DNA of 42,082 bases from a virus. Lineage: Duplodnaviria > Caudoviricetes. Each line of letters begins with the position of its first letter. The stretch's first letter is position 1. The translations under genes were made by a program, and so were the position numbers. The notes under the pieces were generated by a model. It saw nothing but the letters and a program-made list of their open reading frames with translations. It searched no databases and was not told the origin of the DNA. The stretch covers positions 1-42,082 of IMG/VR virus record IMGVR_UViG_3300017766_002156, one strand, 5' to 3'. Shown one piece after another: positions 21,207 to 31,354 of the stretch.

Positions 21207-23256
21207 GGGCTTCCCCGAATACTGCGTCGCCATTGACCCCAAGTACCGCTTGGAGTGGTTTCACATGCAGATTGCCCTCAAACTGGAGGAGGCAGTCAAG
21301 CGTGTTGAGCAGGGAGAGGATGTTCGCATCGCTATCTTCATGCCACCGCGCCATGGCAAGAGCGACACGGCTACGCAGAAGTTCCCCTCATGGGTGCTAG
21401 GCAAGCATCCTGAGTGGCCATTCATCGTCTCCTCGTACTCCCAGGACCTCGCTACGGCGTTCGGACAGGGAACACGCGACCTCATGGACAGCGAGAACTA
21501 TGCTGCCATTTTTGATACACGCATGCGTGCTGACACGAAGGCCAAGGCTAACTGGATGACTGAGCAGGGAGGTGGATACACAGCAGTGGGCGTTGGAGGA
21601 ACCATCACGGGTAAGGGCTTCAAGATTGGCATTATCGACGACCCGTTTAAGAACCGTGAGGAGGCTGACTCAGAGGTGATTCGTGAGAGCGTGCATCGCT
21701 GGTATCGTTCTACGTTCTACACGCGTCAGGAAGGCAACACCGCCATCATCCTCATCCTCACCCGCTGGCATGACGACGACCTCGCAGGCCGTGTGCTCAA
21801 GGAGGAGCTAGACCAGATGGAGATGGGCGATGAGGACATCGACCACTGGGAGGTGATGGAGTTCAAGGCGATTGCTACCGAGGATGAGGAGCATCGCAAA
21901 GAGGGCGAACCACTGTGGCCATGGAAGTTCAACCTGCCAAAGCTGATGCGTACCAAGGCAGCTCTCGGTGGCTATGAATGGTCCGCGCTCTACCAGCAGA
22001 ACCCTATCGACGAGGAGAATCAGGAGCTGAAGCGTGAGTGGTTGCAGTACCGCACGCGTCGTGAGGTAGACCTGATGACCACACGCAAGTTCGCTACCAT
22101 CGACCCCGCAGGAGGCAAGAACACCAAGAACGTCAGCAAGAACAAGAGCGACTACACAGGTGTGACGCGCAACTACGTGAATGAGGACAACGAGTGGAAC
22201 CTCGTCTCGAAGCGCTACCGCATCAACTCCAAGAGCGTCATCGACCTCATCTTCGAGTTGCACGACGAGGGCATGGAAGCTATCGGCATCGAGGAAGGCA
22301 TTTACACACAGGCTATCGAGCCGTTCCTCAAGGTGGAGATGGATAACCGTGGCGTGTATCCAAACGTGGTCCCCCTGAAGCACAACCAGACGATGAAGGA
22401 GACGCGCATCCGTGGTCTCATTCCTCGTTACGAGAACCGTAAGGTCTTCCATATCGAGAACACCTGTGCTGACCTGGAGGAGGAATACCTGCGCTTCCCT
22501 AAGGGCGCTCATGACGATGCACTCGACTCAGTGGCATATCAGTCACAGCTTGCTGCTCCACCGAACCAGGGCATCGGTGACCGCATGACACGCAACGAGC
22601 TGGAGGTGAACCTCACTGACCTGGTGAACGAGCAGCAGGAGCCTATCATCATCGGCGTATCGAGCGTCGCTCCCGTGCGCTACATCATCGGCAACAAGGA
22701 CGGTGTGTTCTTCAATGCTGAAGCTAAGATGGCTGACCCGTGGGCTGAGCTTGCCCTACTCATGAAGCGCTGGCGCAGCGTGTTCGTCATCGTGGACGCG
22801 AAGGGAGATACCATCGGCCCTAAGAAGCTCCGTGCTGACCATCCAGGGCGCGTGTTCCTCGCATTCATGACCAATGACCCTAAGGCACAGGAGGGCGTGC
22901 GCTGGGGTGATGGAGACAAGTTCGGTGACGTACAGGTAGCTTGGCATGCCACTGTCCAGCAGCTTGTTGAGGAGTTCCGCGATGAGCGCCTGCCTCTCTA
23001 CGGCACGAAGGATGACTGGCGCGAGGTGGTGAATGAGTTCATGAACCTCTACCGCGTATGGGAAGTGGATGCACTAGGAGGCAAGACCAGCACCTGGGAG
23101 TCATCAGGACCGCAGTCATTCGTGCGTGCTATGGCGCTCTACCGCATCGGCGCTGACAAGTTCAGCAAGGTCACTGCTACCATCGTGGGAGCCAATGAGC
23201 GCATGTACGATGGCATCACCGAGAGCATGGGAGACCGTTTCTCTAACCTGAAATAG
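21127..23256 (+). CDS. Terminase large subunit with C-terminal extension
   Basis: PPRHGKS Walker A, IIDDP Walker B, TRWHDDDL, YQQNP, IDPA, FPKGAHDDALDS. Confidence 0.95.
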   Translation: MTTSSTNSSVQQQPVEKATLAAEAARRGFPEYCVAIDPKYRLEWFHMQIALKLEEAVKRVEQGEDVRIAIFMPPRHGKSDTATQKFPSWVLGKHPEWPFIVSSYSQDLATAFGQGTRDLMDSENYAAIFDTRMRADTKAKANWMTEQGGGYTAVGVGGTITGKGFKIGIIDDPFKNREEADSEVIRESVHRWYRSTFYTRQEGNTAIILILTRWHDDDLAGRVLKEELDQMEMGDEDIDHWEVMEFKAIATEDEEHRKEGEPLWPWKFNLPKLMRTKAALGGYEWSALYQQNPIDEENQELKREWLQYRTRREVDLMTTRKFATIDPAGGKNTKNVSKNKSDYTGVTRNYVNEDNEWNLVSKRYRINSKSVIDLIFELHDEGMEAIGIEEGIYTQAIEPFLKVEMDNRGVYPNVVPLKHNQTMKETRIRGLIPRYENRKVFHIENTCADLEEEYLRFPKGAHDDALDSVAYQSQLAAPPNQGIGDRMTRNELEVNLTDLVNEQQEPIIIGVSSVAPVRYIIGNKDGVFFNAEAKMADPWAELALLMKRWRSVFVIVDAKGDTIGPKKLRADHPGRVFLAFMTNDPKAQEGVRWGDGDKFGDVQVAWHATVQQLVEEFRDERLPLYGTKDDWREVVNEFMNLYRVWEVDALGGKTSTWESSGPQSFVRAMALYRIGADKFSKVTATIVGANERMYDGITESMGDRFSNLK

Positions 23257-23258
23257 GC

Positions 23259-23471
23259 ATGGCTGTACCACCCAACATGACAGTGATTGAGTTGTCGCCA
23301 CAGGAGGCTGTCCTCTTCATGGCCTTTCAGCGACGCTACCCCGTGTTCTCAGTGTTAGAGCAGCTGGGTGCGTTCGATATGCAGAATGGCAGCGTGACTA
23401 TTAACTACGATGCGAATGGCGCGGTGTCTTCAGTAAGTCTGAATAAAACCCTACGCCCGTCAGCACTGTAA
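23259..23471 (+). CDS. Hypothetical protein
   Basis: 70-aa ORF after TerL. Confidence 0.7.
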   Translation: MAVPPNMTVIELSPQEAVLFMAFQRRYPVFSVLEQLGAFDMQNGSVTINYDANGAVSSVSLNKTLRPSAL

Positions 23472-23509
23472 CGAGTAGCATCACTACCACCAGGTTCTGA
23501 AATAGAAGG

Positions 23510-23560
23510 TTATCCACAGTGGTGACCATTGGTCATTGACAAGCATACGCCATATACTGT
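23510..23560 (+). promoter_or_regulatory. Putative structural-operon promoter with perfect DnaA-box sequence
   Basis: TTATCCACA at 23510-23518, then TTGACA and TATACT with a short (11-nt) spacer. Confidence 0.55.
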
Positions 23561-23676
23561 GAGTATCAGCTGAATGAAAGTTTCGTTAAGCTGACGTTTC
23601 CACAATCCACTCTGCCCTCCCGCTCGAACGGAGGCATCTCTAACAAGGGATGCCTCCGTTTTGCGTTACATACCGA

Positions 23677-25575
23677 ATGGCGAACTACAACGACCCCGTA
23701 GAACAGAATATCGAGGGTGTACGCCAGCTCATCGGTTCACGTGTCAACAAGACCAATGACAACCTTGCCAGCGGTACTGAAGGCCCCGATGCAGAGCACG
23801 TAGACCAGTTCACCCTGAAGCTCTCTGATGAAGAGCTTATTCGCCTTGCATCAGCATGGGAAAACAAGTACGCGAGCTACGAGACGGACATCAAGAAGCG
23901 TCAGGAGGCCCAGAAGACCTACTACCTCGGCAAGCAGAAGAACACCTCACCTCTCGCCTACGAGGAGCCAATCAGTGCGAACCTCCTGTTCGAGGCTGAA
24001 GAGACCTTCCTTCCAGCAGCGCTCTCCAAGAACCCTGAGCCAGTCGTTTACGCGGACAACACGCCTGAAGGCAACGAGCTATCCAAGACCGTTCGCACGA
24101 TGCTCCAGTACCACGCTGACACGCTGGTACTTCGTCGTAAGCTCACTCTCGTTACACGTCACTGGTCCATCTACTTCCTCGGCGTGATGAAGCACGGCTT
24201 CGACCCACGCATCAACGACATCAAGTCAGACGTTATCGACCCGCAGAAAATCATCCTTGACCCAGACTCAACGATTGACCCTTACGGCGACTCTGACTCC
24301 ACGTACATCGGAGAGCGCAAGACCGTTACTGCGCGTGCTCTTGCAGAGCTGTTCCCTGACCACCGCGAGTGGATTATCGCGTCAGTCGACGGACGCATGG
24401 GAACGATGGTCACCTACACCGAGTGGTGGAGCGATGACTTCGTATTCTTTACATACAAGAAGAAGGTTCTCGGCAAGCACAAGAACCCTCACTACAACTA
24501 CGAGCAGGCAATCACCCAGGAGGATGAGTTCGGCAACATCGTCACTGTCGTAGAGCAGGGTCCTAACCATTTCGCCTTCCCAAAGAAGCCATACACCTTC
24601 CTCTCGGTCTTCTCACTCGGAGAGCAGCCTCACGACATCACGGGTCTCATCGAGCAGAACATTCCGAACCAGCGCCGTATCACACGCCGTACTGAGCAGA
24701 TTGACATGAACCTCAGTCGCTCTAACAACAGCGACGTATTCAGTGAGGAGAACTTCAACCAGGAGACCGCTAAGCAGGCTGCAAAGGCGCTTGCACAGGG
24801 TCACCCAGTGCTCGTACCGCAGGGTAAGAGCATCGCAGAGGCCATTCAGCGTCTCCAGGGCGTGTCTGTGGACGGAGCCTTCTTCACGGAGCTTGAGGTC
24901 TCAAAGAACGACCTACGCAGCATTTTCGGCACTCAGGGTATCACTGCGGAGTCAGGTGACGAGGACCAGACAGCTCGCGGAATGATTCTCAACCAGTCGC
25001 ACGACACTACCCGCATCGGTGGTGGCATTGGCGATGCTATCGAGCAGTTCGCTGACAACGTATTCAACTGGTGGGTACAGCTCTACGCCGTCTACTACGA
25101 CCAGCCACACTTCGCTTCCATCATGGGCGCGATGAAGGCAGTCGAGTACACGCTCCTCAAGGGTTCAGACCTCAACCGTCGCATCGTGGTCTCTGTCGCT
25201 CCTGACTCAATGAAGCCACGTGATGAGGTGAATGAAATCAACACCGCGACTCAGCTCTACCAGAACGACCTCCTCGACCCGAAGACCTACTTCACCGTCA
25301 CTAACTTTGCGAACCCAGAGGAGACAGCAGGCCAGGTCACCCTATGGAAGACCAACCCAGCGCTCTACTTCCAGGTCAACTTCCCCGACCTCTTCGCACA
25401 GCTCCAGCAGCAGGCTCAGCAGCAGGCATTACTCGCAGCTCAGGGTGTTGCCCCGCCGATTCCTAACGGAGGCGAGGCAGCTCCTGAGTCCATGACCGAG
25501 CCAGCTGGTGGACTTTCAGCCCCAGCATCGAGTTCAGCGCTGAGCAACGTGCCATTAACAACCCCAACGCAATAA
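23677..25575 (+). CDS. Portal protein (P22-like)
   Basis: About 630 aa, between TerL and scaffold/capsid; Q-rich C-terminus. Confidence 0.85.
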   Translation: MANYNDPVEQNIEGVRQLIGSRVNKTNDNLASGTEGPDAEHVDQFTLKLSDEELIRLASAWENKYASYETDIKKRQEAQKTYYLGKQKNTSPLAYEEPISANLLFEAEETFLPAALSKNPEPVVYADNTPEGNELSKTVRTMLQYHADTLVLRRKLTLVTRHWSIYFLGVMKHGFDPRINDIKSDVIDPQKIILDPDSTIDPYGDSDSTYIGERKTVTARALAELFPDHREWIIASVDGRMGTMVTYTEWWSDDFVFFTYKKKVLGKHKNPHYNYEQAITQEDEFGNIVTVVEQGPNHFAFPKKPYTFLSVFSLGEQPHDITGLIEQNIPNQRRITRRTEQIDMNLSRSNNSDVFSEENFNQETAKQAAKALAQGHPVLVPQGKSIAEAIQRLQGVSVDGAFFTELEVSKNDLRSIFGTQGITAESGDEDQTARGMILNQSHDTTRIGGGIGDAIEQFADNVFNWWVQLYAVYYDQPHFASIMGAMKAVEYTLLKGSDLNRRIVVSVAPDSMKPRDEVNEINTATQLYQNDLLDPKTYFTVTNFANPEETAGQVTLWKTNPALYFQVNFPDLFAQLQQQAQQQALLAAQGVAPPIPNGGEAAPESMTEPAGGLSAPASSSALSNVPLTTPTQ

Positions 25576-25578
25576 TTT

Positions 25579-25884
25579 ATGAGCAAGAACCACAAGGAAG
25601 AGAAGAAGGAAGTAGTCGAAATCCCAGAGGAAGCAATCGTCTCCCGTGAGGAGGTGGTCGCTGAGATGGGAGAAGAGGCAGTAGCAAAGATTGAGGCCGA
25701 AGCAGAGGTATCCGATGCAGAGGTCGTAATCGTGCCTAAGGAGGTCCCTGAGACCGCAAACCTATCAGCCCCAGCGCAGAAGAAGGAAAAGAAGCGTGAG
25801 GAGTGCCAGGTGTGCGGAGGAACGGGCCTTGAGTCAGCTGAAAAGCTCTGCCCTGCCTGCGAAGGCAACGGCCTAAAGCGTTAA
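25579..25884 (+). CDS. Acidic protein with DnaJ-type CxxCxGxG zinc finger
   Basis: CQVCGGTG..CPACEGNG. Confidence 0.75.
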   Translation: MSKNHKEEKKEVVEIPEEAIVSREEVVAEMGEEAVAKIEAEAEVSDAEVVIVPKEVPETANLSAPAQKKEKKREECQVCGGTGLESAEKLCPACEGNGLKR

Positions 25885-25888
25885 TCGT

Positions 25889-26155
25889 ATGAACTACGCA
25901 GCACCAATCGACTCTTACGAGGCAACTCGTAACGCAGCAATCGCCAAGATTAAGGGTGCTGCGGAGTCCACTCAGAACCCAATCCTGAAGGAAATCTCGA
26001 AAGAGGAGGACCCGAAGGCCAAGGCAGCGAAGCAGAAGAACATCCGCACTATCCAGATGGTCATGGACAAGGGAATCGAGATGTACCGCGAAGGCCACTG
26101 TGACTTCGCATCGTGCGTCAAGAACATTACTAGCGCTCTCTCAGCACTCAAGTAG
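25889..26155 (+). CDS. Hypothetical protein
   Basis: 88-aa ORF in the head module. Confidence 0.75.
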   Translation: MNYAAPIDSYEATRNAAIAKIKGAAESTQNPILKEISKEEDPKAKAAKQKNIRTIQMVMDKGIEMYREGHCDFASCVKNITSALSALK

Positions 26156-26157
26156 GT

Positions 26158-26370
26158 ATGGCTGGATTTATGAACAAGGCGTTGAACGCCATCAAGAACT
26201 TCGGAGCCAGCGTCACCGTCGTGGACAACAAGAATGACCCGACGAGCGCCTACTCGATGATGAAGCGCAAGCAGGACAGCATGGGGCCAGCAAAGAACTT
26301 CCCGCCACTCCAGGGAAAGAAGCTGCCCTCAGCGCCAGGACGTGGTGCAGCCCTCAAGAAGCTGAAGTAA
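26158..26370 (+). CDS. Small basic hypothetical protein
   Basis: 70-aa ORF in the head module. Confidence 0.7.
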   Translation: MAGFMNKALNAIKNFGASVTVVDNKNDPTSAYSMMKRKQDSMGPAKNFPPLQGKKLPSAPGRGAALKKLK

Positions 26371-26448
26371 CGCACCCCCGTTTGTAAGGCAGTACGGGAG
26401 AACAAGCCTGAATCCAAACCAACTAATCTCTGAAAAGAGCGAAAACAT

Positions 26449-27270
26449 ATGCCCCCAGAAACAACTAACGAGGTAGACAAGTTCTTCGCAGGACTTCCAT
26501 CAACGGACAAGCGTGCTGCCGATGTATTCGGTGACACACCAGCCGTAGAGAAGGAGGAAACCGAGGAGAACGACCCTGAGAAGGGCGCTACCGAAGACGG
26601 TGAGCCTGAAAACGGCGAGCCAGTGCGTAAGAACCGTCAGCACCGCCGTGCGGAATCTCGCAAGTGGGAGGAACGCCTTACTGAAAAGGAACGCGAAATC
26701 ATCGCTCGTGAGGCCCGTATCGAGGAGCGTGAACGTGCTCGTGTCGCAGCACTTGAGAATGACCCGAATGTCGACCCCCTACTCGTTCAGATGTATGGCG
26801 ACAACACGGATGCGATTCGTCTGCATCAGCAGCTACTCGCAAAGTCGACCAAGGACGCTGAGGACCGTGCGTTCCAGCGCTTCCAGGAGAGTGCAGCTGA
26901 AGAGAAGCGTCAGCGCCAGAAGTTCGAGTCAGAAGTCCTAGAGGGCCTTGAGTCCATCGAAGATGTGTACGACGTAGAGCTTACGAGCGACTCGCCTCGT
27001 GCCAAGAAGACTCGCTCTGAGTTCCTCGGCTTGATTGAAAAGCTCTCCCCGAAGAACAGCGACGGCGACATCATCGCCTACGTGGACTTCGATTCCGCTT
27101 GGAATATCTACTCAGCAACCCGCTCAAAGGAGACGCAGAAGACGGAGACGACCACACGCGCTAAGGAAATCGCAGCGCAGACAATGACGAAGGCTACTAC
27201 AGGCGTGAACGCGCCCAAGGCGGTAACGCCAGGGTTCGACGGCTGGAAGAAGGACTTCAACGTGTCATAA
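26449..27270 (+). CDS. Probable capsid scaffolding protein
   Basis: Acidic N-terminus and coiled coil; directly upstream of the capsid gene. Confidence 0.8.
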   Translation: MPPETTNEVDKFFAGLPSTDKRAADVFGDTPAVEKEETEENDPEKGATEDGEPENGEPVRKNRQHRRAESRKWEERLTEKEREIIAREARIEERERARVAALENDPNVDPLLVQMYGDNTDAIRLHQQLLAKSTKDAEDRAFQRFQESAAEEKRQRQKFESEVLEGLESIEDVYDVELTSDSPRAKKTRSEFLGLIEKLSPKNSDGDIIAYVDFDSAWNIYSATRSKETQKTETTTRAKEIAAQTMTKATTGVNAPKAVTPGFDGWKKDFNVS

Positions 27271-27305
27271 GCGACAACCATTACTAACTCTTATTCACGA
27301 TTATT

Positions 27306-28334
27306 ATGCCTCCAGGTGTAAACATCACGACTACGACGAACCAGTACCTGGCTCCGTCGTGGGTCGACCAGGTGCTTCGTGACAACCTCTTCTTCGGAGA
27401 GATTCTCAAGAACACCAAGAAGTGGGACGGCTCCCAGATGCTGTTCCCAATCAAGTACCAGAAGGGTGAAGCGTCTATCGCTTTCAACGGCTTCGACCTA
27501 CTTCCTATCAACCAGGTTCCAGTGTCTGTGAACATGACGTTCTACCCTACATTCGTAGCTACGAACGTTGCGCTCGCTGGTTCCGACCTCTCGGTCAACT
27601 CCACTCAGGAGCAGACCCTGAACCTCATGTCCGTAACCATGGAGTCTCGTGCTCAGGACGGTGCTGATGACATCGGCAACTTCTTCCAGCAGAGCGGTCA
27701 GGCATACGGCGGTAAGGCTCCTATGGGTCTTGCTGGTATCGTCGACAACGGTACGGTTCTCTCCAGCTACGGTGGCCTTGCACGTTCTACCTACTCAGGT
27801 CTCAACGCGACGGTTACTGCATCAGGTGGAACCATCTCGCTGCTCAAGGTTCGTCAGCTCTGGAACTCCATCACGGACGGACAGGTCGCTCCGAACTTCG
27901 CTCTTACGGACTACAACACATGGGCGCTCTTCGAGCAGCTCCTGACTCCGTTCCAGCGTAACAACTACTCCGACTTCGCTCCTAACAAGCAGAACGGTTC
28001 CTCAGCAGGCTACCGTGCGCTCGTTTGGGACGGCATGCTCATCATGCGTGACCGTAAGGTGACTTCGGGTAACTTCTACCTCCTCAACACCGATTACCTC
28101 AAGTTCTACGGTCTGAAGTGGTGGGAGGGTAAGGCGGTATCGCCTCGTGCGAAGGACATCGAGGGCAACGTGTACGAGGAGTCTATCTACACGCCTTCAG
28201 CCTTCACGTGGACTGGCTGGATTCGTGCCTACAACCAGGGAGCTATCAACGGCTTCATGATTATGGGCGGTCAGCTTCTCTGCACCAACCCTTGGCGTAA
28301 CGGTGTGCTCACAGGTATTACCAGCGTCGCCTAA
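27306..28334 (+). CDS. Major capsid protein
   Basis: 342 aa, strongly biased codons, position after the scaffold, GLAGIV and FYLLNTDYL motifs. Confidence 0.85.
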   Translation: MPPGVNITTTTNQYLAPSWVDQVLRDNLFFGEILKNTKKWDGSQMLFPIKYQKGEASIAFNGFDLLPINQVPVSVNMTFYPTFVATNVALAGSDLSVNSTQEQTLNLMSVTMESRAQDGADDIGNFFQQSGQAYGGKAPMGLAGIVDNGTVLSSYGGLARSTYSGLNATVTASGGTISLLKVRQLWNSITDGQVAPNFALTDYNTWALFEQLLTPFQRNNYSDFAPNKQNGSSAGYRALVWDGMLIMRDRKVTSGNFYLLNTDYLKFYGLKWWEGKAVSPRAKDIEGNVYEESIYTPSAFTWTGWIRAYNQGAINGFMIMGGQLLCTNPWRNGVLTGITSVA

Positions 28335-28352
28335 CCCTAAGCGAACACTGCT

Positions 28353-28709
28353 ATGCCTCTGAACATCAACAATTACGACCCAGCGTTCCGTAACGGGGCG
28401 CAGGTCCAGACCGATGACATCGCTGATGCTTCAGTGACCCTTGCAAAGCTCGCTTCAGGGGTCACCCCAGCAGCAAACGTAGTCCTCTTCGGCACTACGA
28501 CTGCTTACGCAGGCGGTGGTACATCCAACGGCTTCACCGTTACAGGTCTTCTCTCAACCGACACTGTGTCTGCTGTCATTCGTGCCAGCACCAACGCAGT
28601 AGCGATTGCGAAGGCAGTACCAACTACGAACACGCTCACAATCACGTTCTCAGCTGACCCTGGTGCATCCACCACGGTTGACTACATCGTGGTTCGCGCA
28701 GCTTCGTAA
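28353..28709 (+). CDS. Virion structural or decoration protein
   Basis: T/A/V-rich; IADASVTLAKLA motif; follows the capsid gene. Confidence 0.65.
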   Translation: MPLNINNYDPAFRNGAQVQTDDIADASVTLAKLASGVTPAANVVLFGTTTAYAGGGTSNGFTVTGLLSTDTVSAVIRASTNAVAIAKAVPTTNTLTITFSADPGASTTVDYIVVRAAS

Positions 28710-28740
28710 TTACCAACCCGAATAACTTCTAAAGACACAT

Positions 28741-29532
28741 ATGTCTCGTCTTACTCAGAAGGGCCAGGGAGCACCATTCGGTCTCCTCTCAACTGTCACT
28801 GAAGTAGTAACTACTGCTCCTTACAGCAACTCGACAACGACTGCTGGTGAGCGTTTTGACTCCTCAGATGGCCGTGAGTTCGTCCTTGTGCAGAACGGCG
28901 CAGTAGCTATCGCTGCTGGAAAGCTGGTACAGGCTCCGCCTGTTATCGCTGACCACCAGAACATGGCGGTTACTGCTTACGCTCCTGCTTCAAGCACGGT
29001 CCCTTACACCACTATCACTGTTACCCTCGGCGCAACCGCAGCTACTGTTAACCAGTACGCAGGTGGTTACCTCGTTGTTAACGACAACGCTGGCGAAGGC
29101 CAGACTCTGAAGATTGCATCGCACCCAGCTGCTGCTCTCTCTCAGTCTCTCGTCATTACGCTTGAGGACACTGCTGTAACGGCAATCACCACAGCGTCTG
29201 AGGTTTCGCTCATCCCGAACCTCTACACTGGCGTTGTCATCAACCCTACGACTCCTACGAACACTCCAATCGGCGTAACTCTCTACGCTCTTGGCGCTTC
29301 GTCAGCTGTCCCTGCGGTTGCTGGTACTACCAACGTGTTCGGCTTCATCCAGACCAAGGGACCTGTCTCTTGCCTCAACGGTGATGCTGACCTCACTGTC
29401 GGTTCTGCTATCTCTCCTTCTAACGCTACGGCGGGTGCAGTTGAGAACGGCGTAATCGCACAGGGCTTCGTTGGTCGCGCTCTCCAGGCGGGTGTGAACA
29501 CGGAATACCGTACTGTTTACATCGACCTCTAA
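28741..29532 (+). CDS. Probable capsid decoration/cement protein
   Basis: DGREFVLVQ..FGFIQTKG; beta-rich, biased codons. Confidence 0.65.
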   Translation: MSRLTQKGQGAPFGLLSTVTEVVTTAPYSNSTTTAGERFDSSDGREFVLVQNGAVAIAAGKLVQAPPVIADHQNMAVTAYAPASSTVPYTTITVTLGATAATVNQYAGGYLVVNDNAGEGQTLKIASHPAAALSQSLVITLEDTAVTAITTASEVSLIPNLYTGVVINPTTPTNTPIGVTLYALGASSAVPAVAGTTNVFGFIQTKGPVSCLNGDADLTVGSAISPSNATAGAVENGVIAQGFVGRALQAGVNTEYRTVYIDL

Positions 29533-29543
29533 TAGGTCCGCAC

Positions 29544-29563
29544 CTGGCCCTTTACGGGGCCAG
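29544..29563 (+). terminator. Hairpin after the head genes
   Basis: CTGGCCCT-TTAC-GGGGCCAG; no U tract. Confidence 0.5.
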
Positions 29564-29636
29564 TGGCGGGGACGTTAGAACCCCCGAATTACCCTGCCTG
29601 AAAAGGCCAAACTAACTGCTTGAAAAAGCTCCCATT

Positions 29637-30137
29637 ATGGAAATCACCCAGTTCAACAACATTCTTCCAGAGGGCTTCAATGGCGTGTTTCCGTTCACCA
29701 ACTCCTCTGACGAGGACTACAAGGACATGTGGAACAGCATTGAGTACACCTTCCCTGCGAAGAGCACGGTTCCTCTTATCATCCCAGGTGAACCACCTGA
29801 GGGCGTACAGAACATCCGTAAGAAGTTCGCACGTGGCTACGCAGTCCGTGAGTTCTACAAGACCGAGAAGTTCGCGTACATGAATGACCGTGAGCGTGGC
29901 GAGAAGCCTGCTCTCTACACGGAGAGCGACCTCGAACCGTTCATCCAGTCATGCCTCGAACCGCTTCCTATGACGCACGCAACCGCTCACAAGGTGGTCC
30001 GTAACGAAGAGGAAAACCTGTCCAAGGATGAAGAGGGAAACCCTCGCACTAAGGTCCTGAAGTCAAAGATGATGGACCCTAAGCTCGGCGTTCCGACTGA
30101 CGAATCAGTGGTCGGAAACGGCGCAATCGTAGCCTAA
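29637..30137 (+). CDS. Hypothetical protein
   Basis: 166-aa ORF. Confidence 0.8.
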   Translation: MEITQFNNILPEGFNGVFPFTNSSDEDYKDMWNSIEYTFPAKSTVPLIIPGEPPEGVQNIRKKFARGYAVREFYKTEKFAYMNDRERGEKPALYTESDLEPFIQSCLEPLPMTHATAHKVVRNEEENLSKDEEGNPRTKVLKSKMMDPKLGVPTDESVVGNGAIVA

Positions 30138-30838
30138 TGAAACTCTTCAGCAAGAACGACATCCAGAAGAAGAAGACCGAGGAACGCGCACGTGAAGTGT
30201 CGCAGGGCGTTGCCCTTGCCACTCGCGTGAACGAACTTCGTCACACCGCTTCTATGGAGGAAGTAATCAACAAGACGTACCGCGAGCAGTCTCGTGCGAC
30301 TACGGAACAGGAGATTGCGGTCATGCTTGCTGAAAAGTCTCAGGTATCGGGCGAGCTGAAAATTGCGAAGGAAGAACTCGCAGAGGCGCGTAAGCCACTC
30401 GATGAAGAGTGGAGCCGTGCTCGCAAGGCCCTTGAGTACGCTCAGGAGCGTGAAGAGATGGCTGACAAAAAGTTCTACGCTGCGGTACTTGAAGAAGATT
30501 CTCTTCGCAAGCGTGAGCAGGATGCCACGAAGCGCGAAGGCCAGCTCGTCAGCCGTACTCTCTCTGTTGAGGCTCGTGAGAATGACGCAGCGGAACTCTT
30601 TAAGAGCGCCACTGCTACGAAAACTGGTGCTGATAGCCATGCTGCGGAGCTTGCAAAGCGTCTCTCACATCGTGAGCAGACAGTCAGTGACCGCGAGGTA
30701 GCCGTTACGAACAACGAAAGCTCGAACAAGGCCCGTGCAGAAGCACTGGATAAGCGCGAGAAGGAGCTGAACGAACGCGAGACTCGCATCACCGACCTTT
30801 ACAAGACCTACGAAAGCACACATGGCGAACGCAAGTAA
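30137..30838 (+). CDS. Coiled-coil protein
   Basis: 233 aa, E/R/K/A-rich. Confidence 0.8.
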   Translation: MKLFSKNDIQKKKTEERAREVSQGVALATRVNELRHTASMEEVINKTYREQSRATTEQEIAVMLAEKSQVSGELKIAKEELAEARKPLDEEWSRARKALEYAQEREEMADKKFYAAVLEEDSLRKREQDATKREGQLVSRTLSVEARENDAAELFKSATATKTGADSHAAELAKRLSHREQTVSDREVAVTNNESSNKARAEALDKREKELNERETRITDLYKTYESTHGERK

Positions 30839-31079
30839 GGACGAAAACGGCGTATCTACACTCATTGGTGCGTCTACCGCTGACGGCAAGACCCCAGTGC
30901 GTGTTTATGCTGACCCAACCACACACCGCCTTCTGGTAGCCAACGGTGTCGCAACTGGCACGGCTGCCCCAGCGACAACACCTTCCTTCATTGGGCAGGT
31001 GTTCGTCGACACGACTGGCAAGAAGGCTTACATGGCGATGGGAACAACCAACTCTTCGGATTGGGTAATCCTCAACTAA
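30822..31079 (+). CDS. Small virion protein with KDENGV module
   Basis: Shares its N-terminal module with the next two genes. Confidence 0.75.
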   Translation: MANASKDENGVSTLIGASTADGKTPVRVYADPTTHRLLVANGVATGTAAPATTPSFIGQVFVDTTGKKAYMAMGTTNSSDWVILN

Positions 31080-31080
31080 T

Positions 31081-31353
31081 ATGCAGGCGAACAAGGACGA
31101 AAACGGCGTATCAACGCTCCTGGGAACACTCGATACGGATGGACTTACGACCATTCGTGTTGAGGCTGACCCGTCAACGCACGCACTTCAGGTGATGGAT
31201 GACACGACTGGTTCAGACAACGGCCCTGGCCCTGTCGCTCCACGTGACGATAACGACGTTCCAGCGCTCCTTGCTGTGTCTTCCGTAGATGGGATTACGC
31301 CAGTGGCCGTGTACACGGACGCGAACGGAAATCTCCTAATTCAGAGCACATAA
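31081..31353 (+). CDS. Small virion protein with two copies of the module
   Basis: KDENGVSTLL..DG.T.IRV.ADP and RDDNDVPALL..DG.TPVAV. Confidence 0.75.
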   Translation: MQANKDENGVSTLLGTLDTDGLTTIRVEADPSTHALQVMDDTTGSDNGPGPVAPRDDNDVPALLAVSSVDGITPVAVYTDANGNLLIQST

Positions 31354-31354
31354 T

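Noticed and set aside
23475-23486. Near-match to the leader motif (GTAGCATCAC); another partial match near 34853
   Set aside because: Both are imperfect and not upstream of a start codon, so they are not counted as targets.
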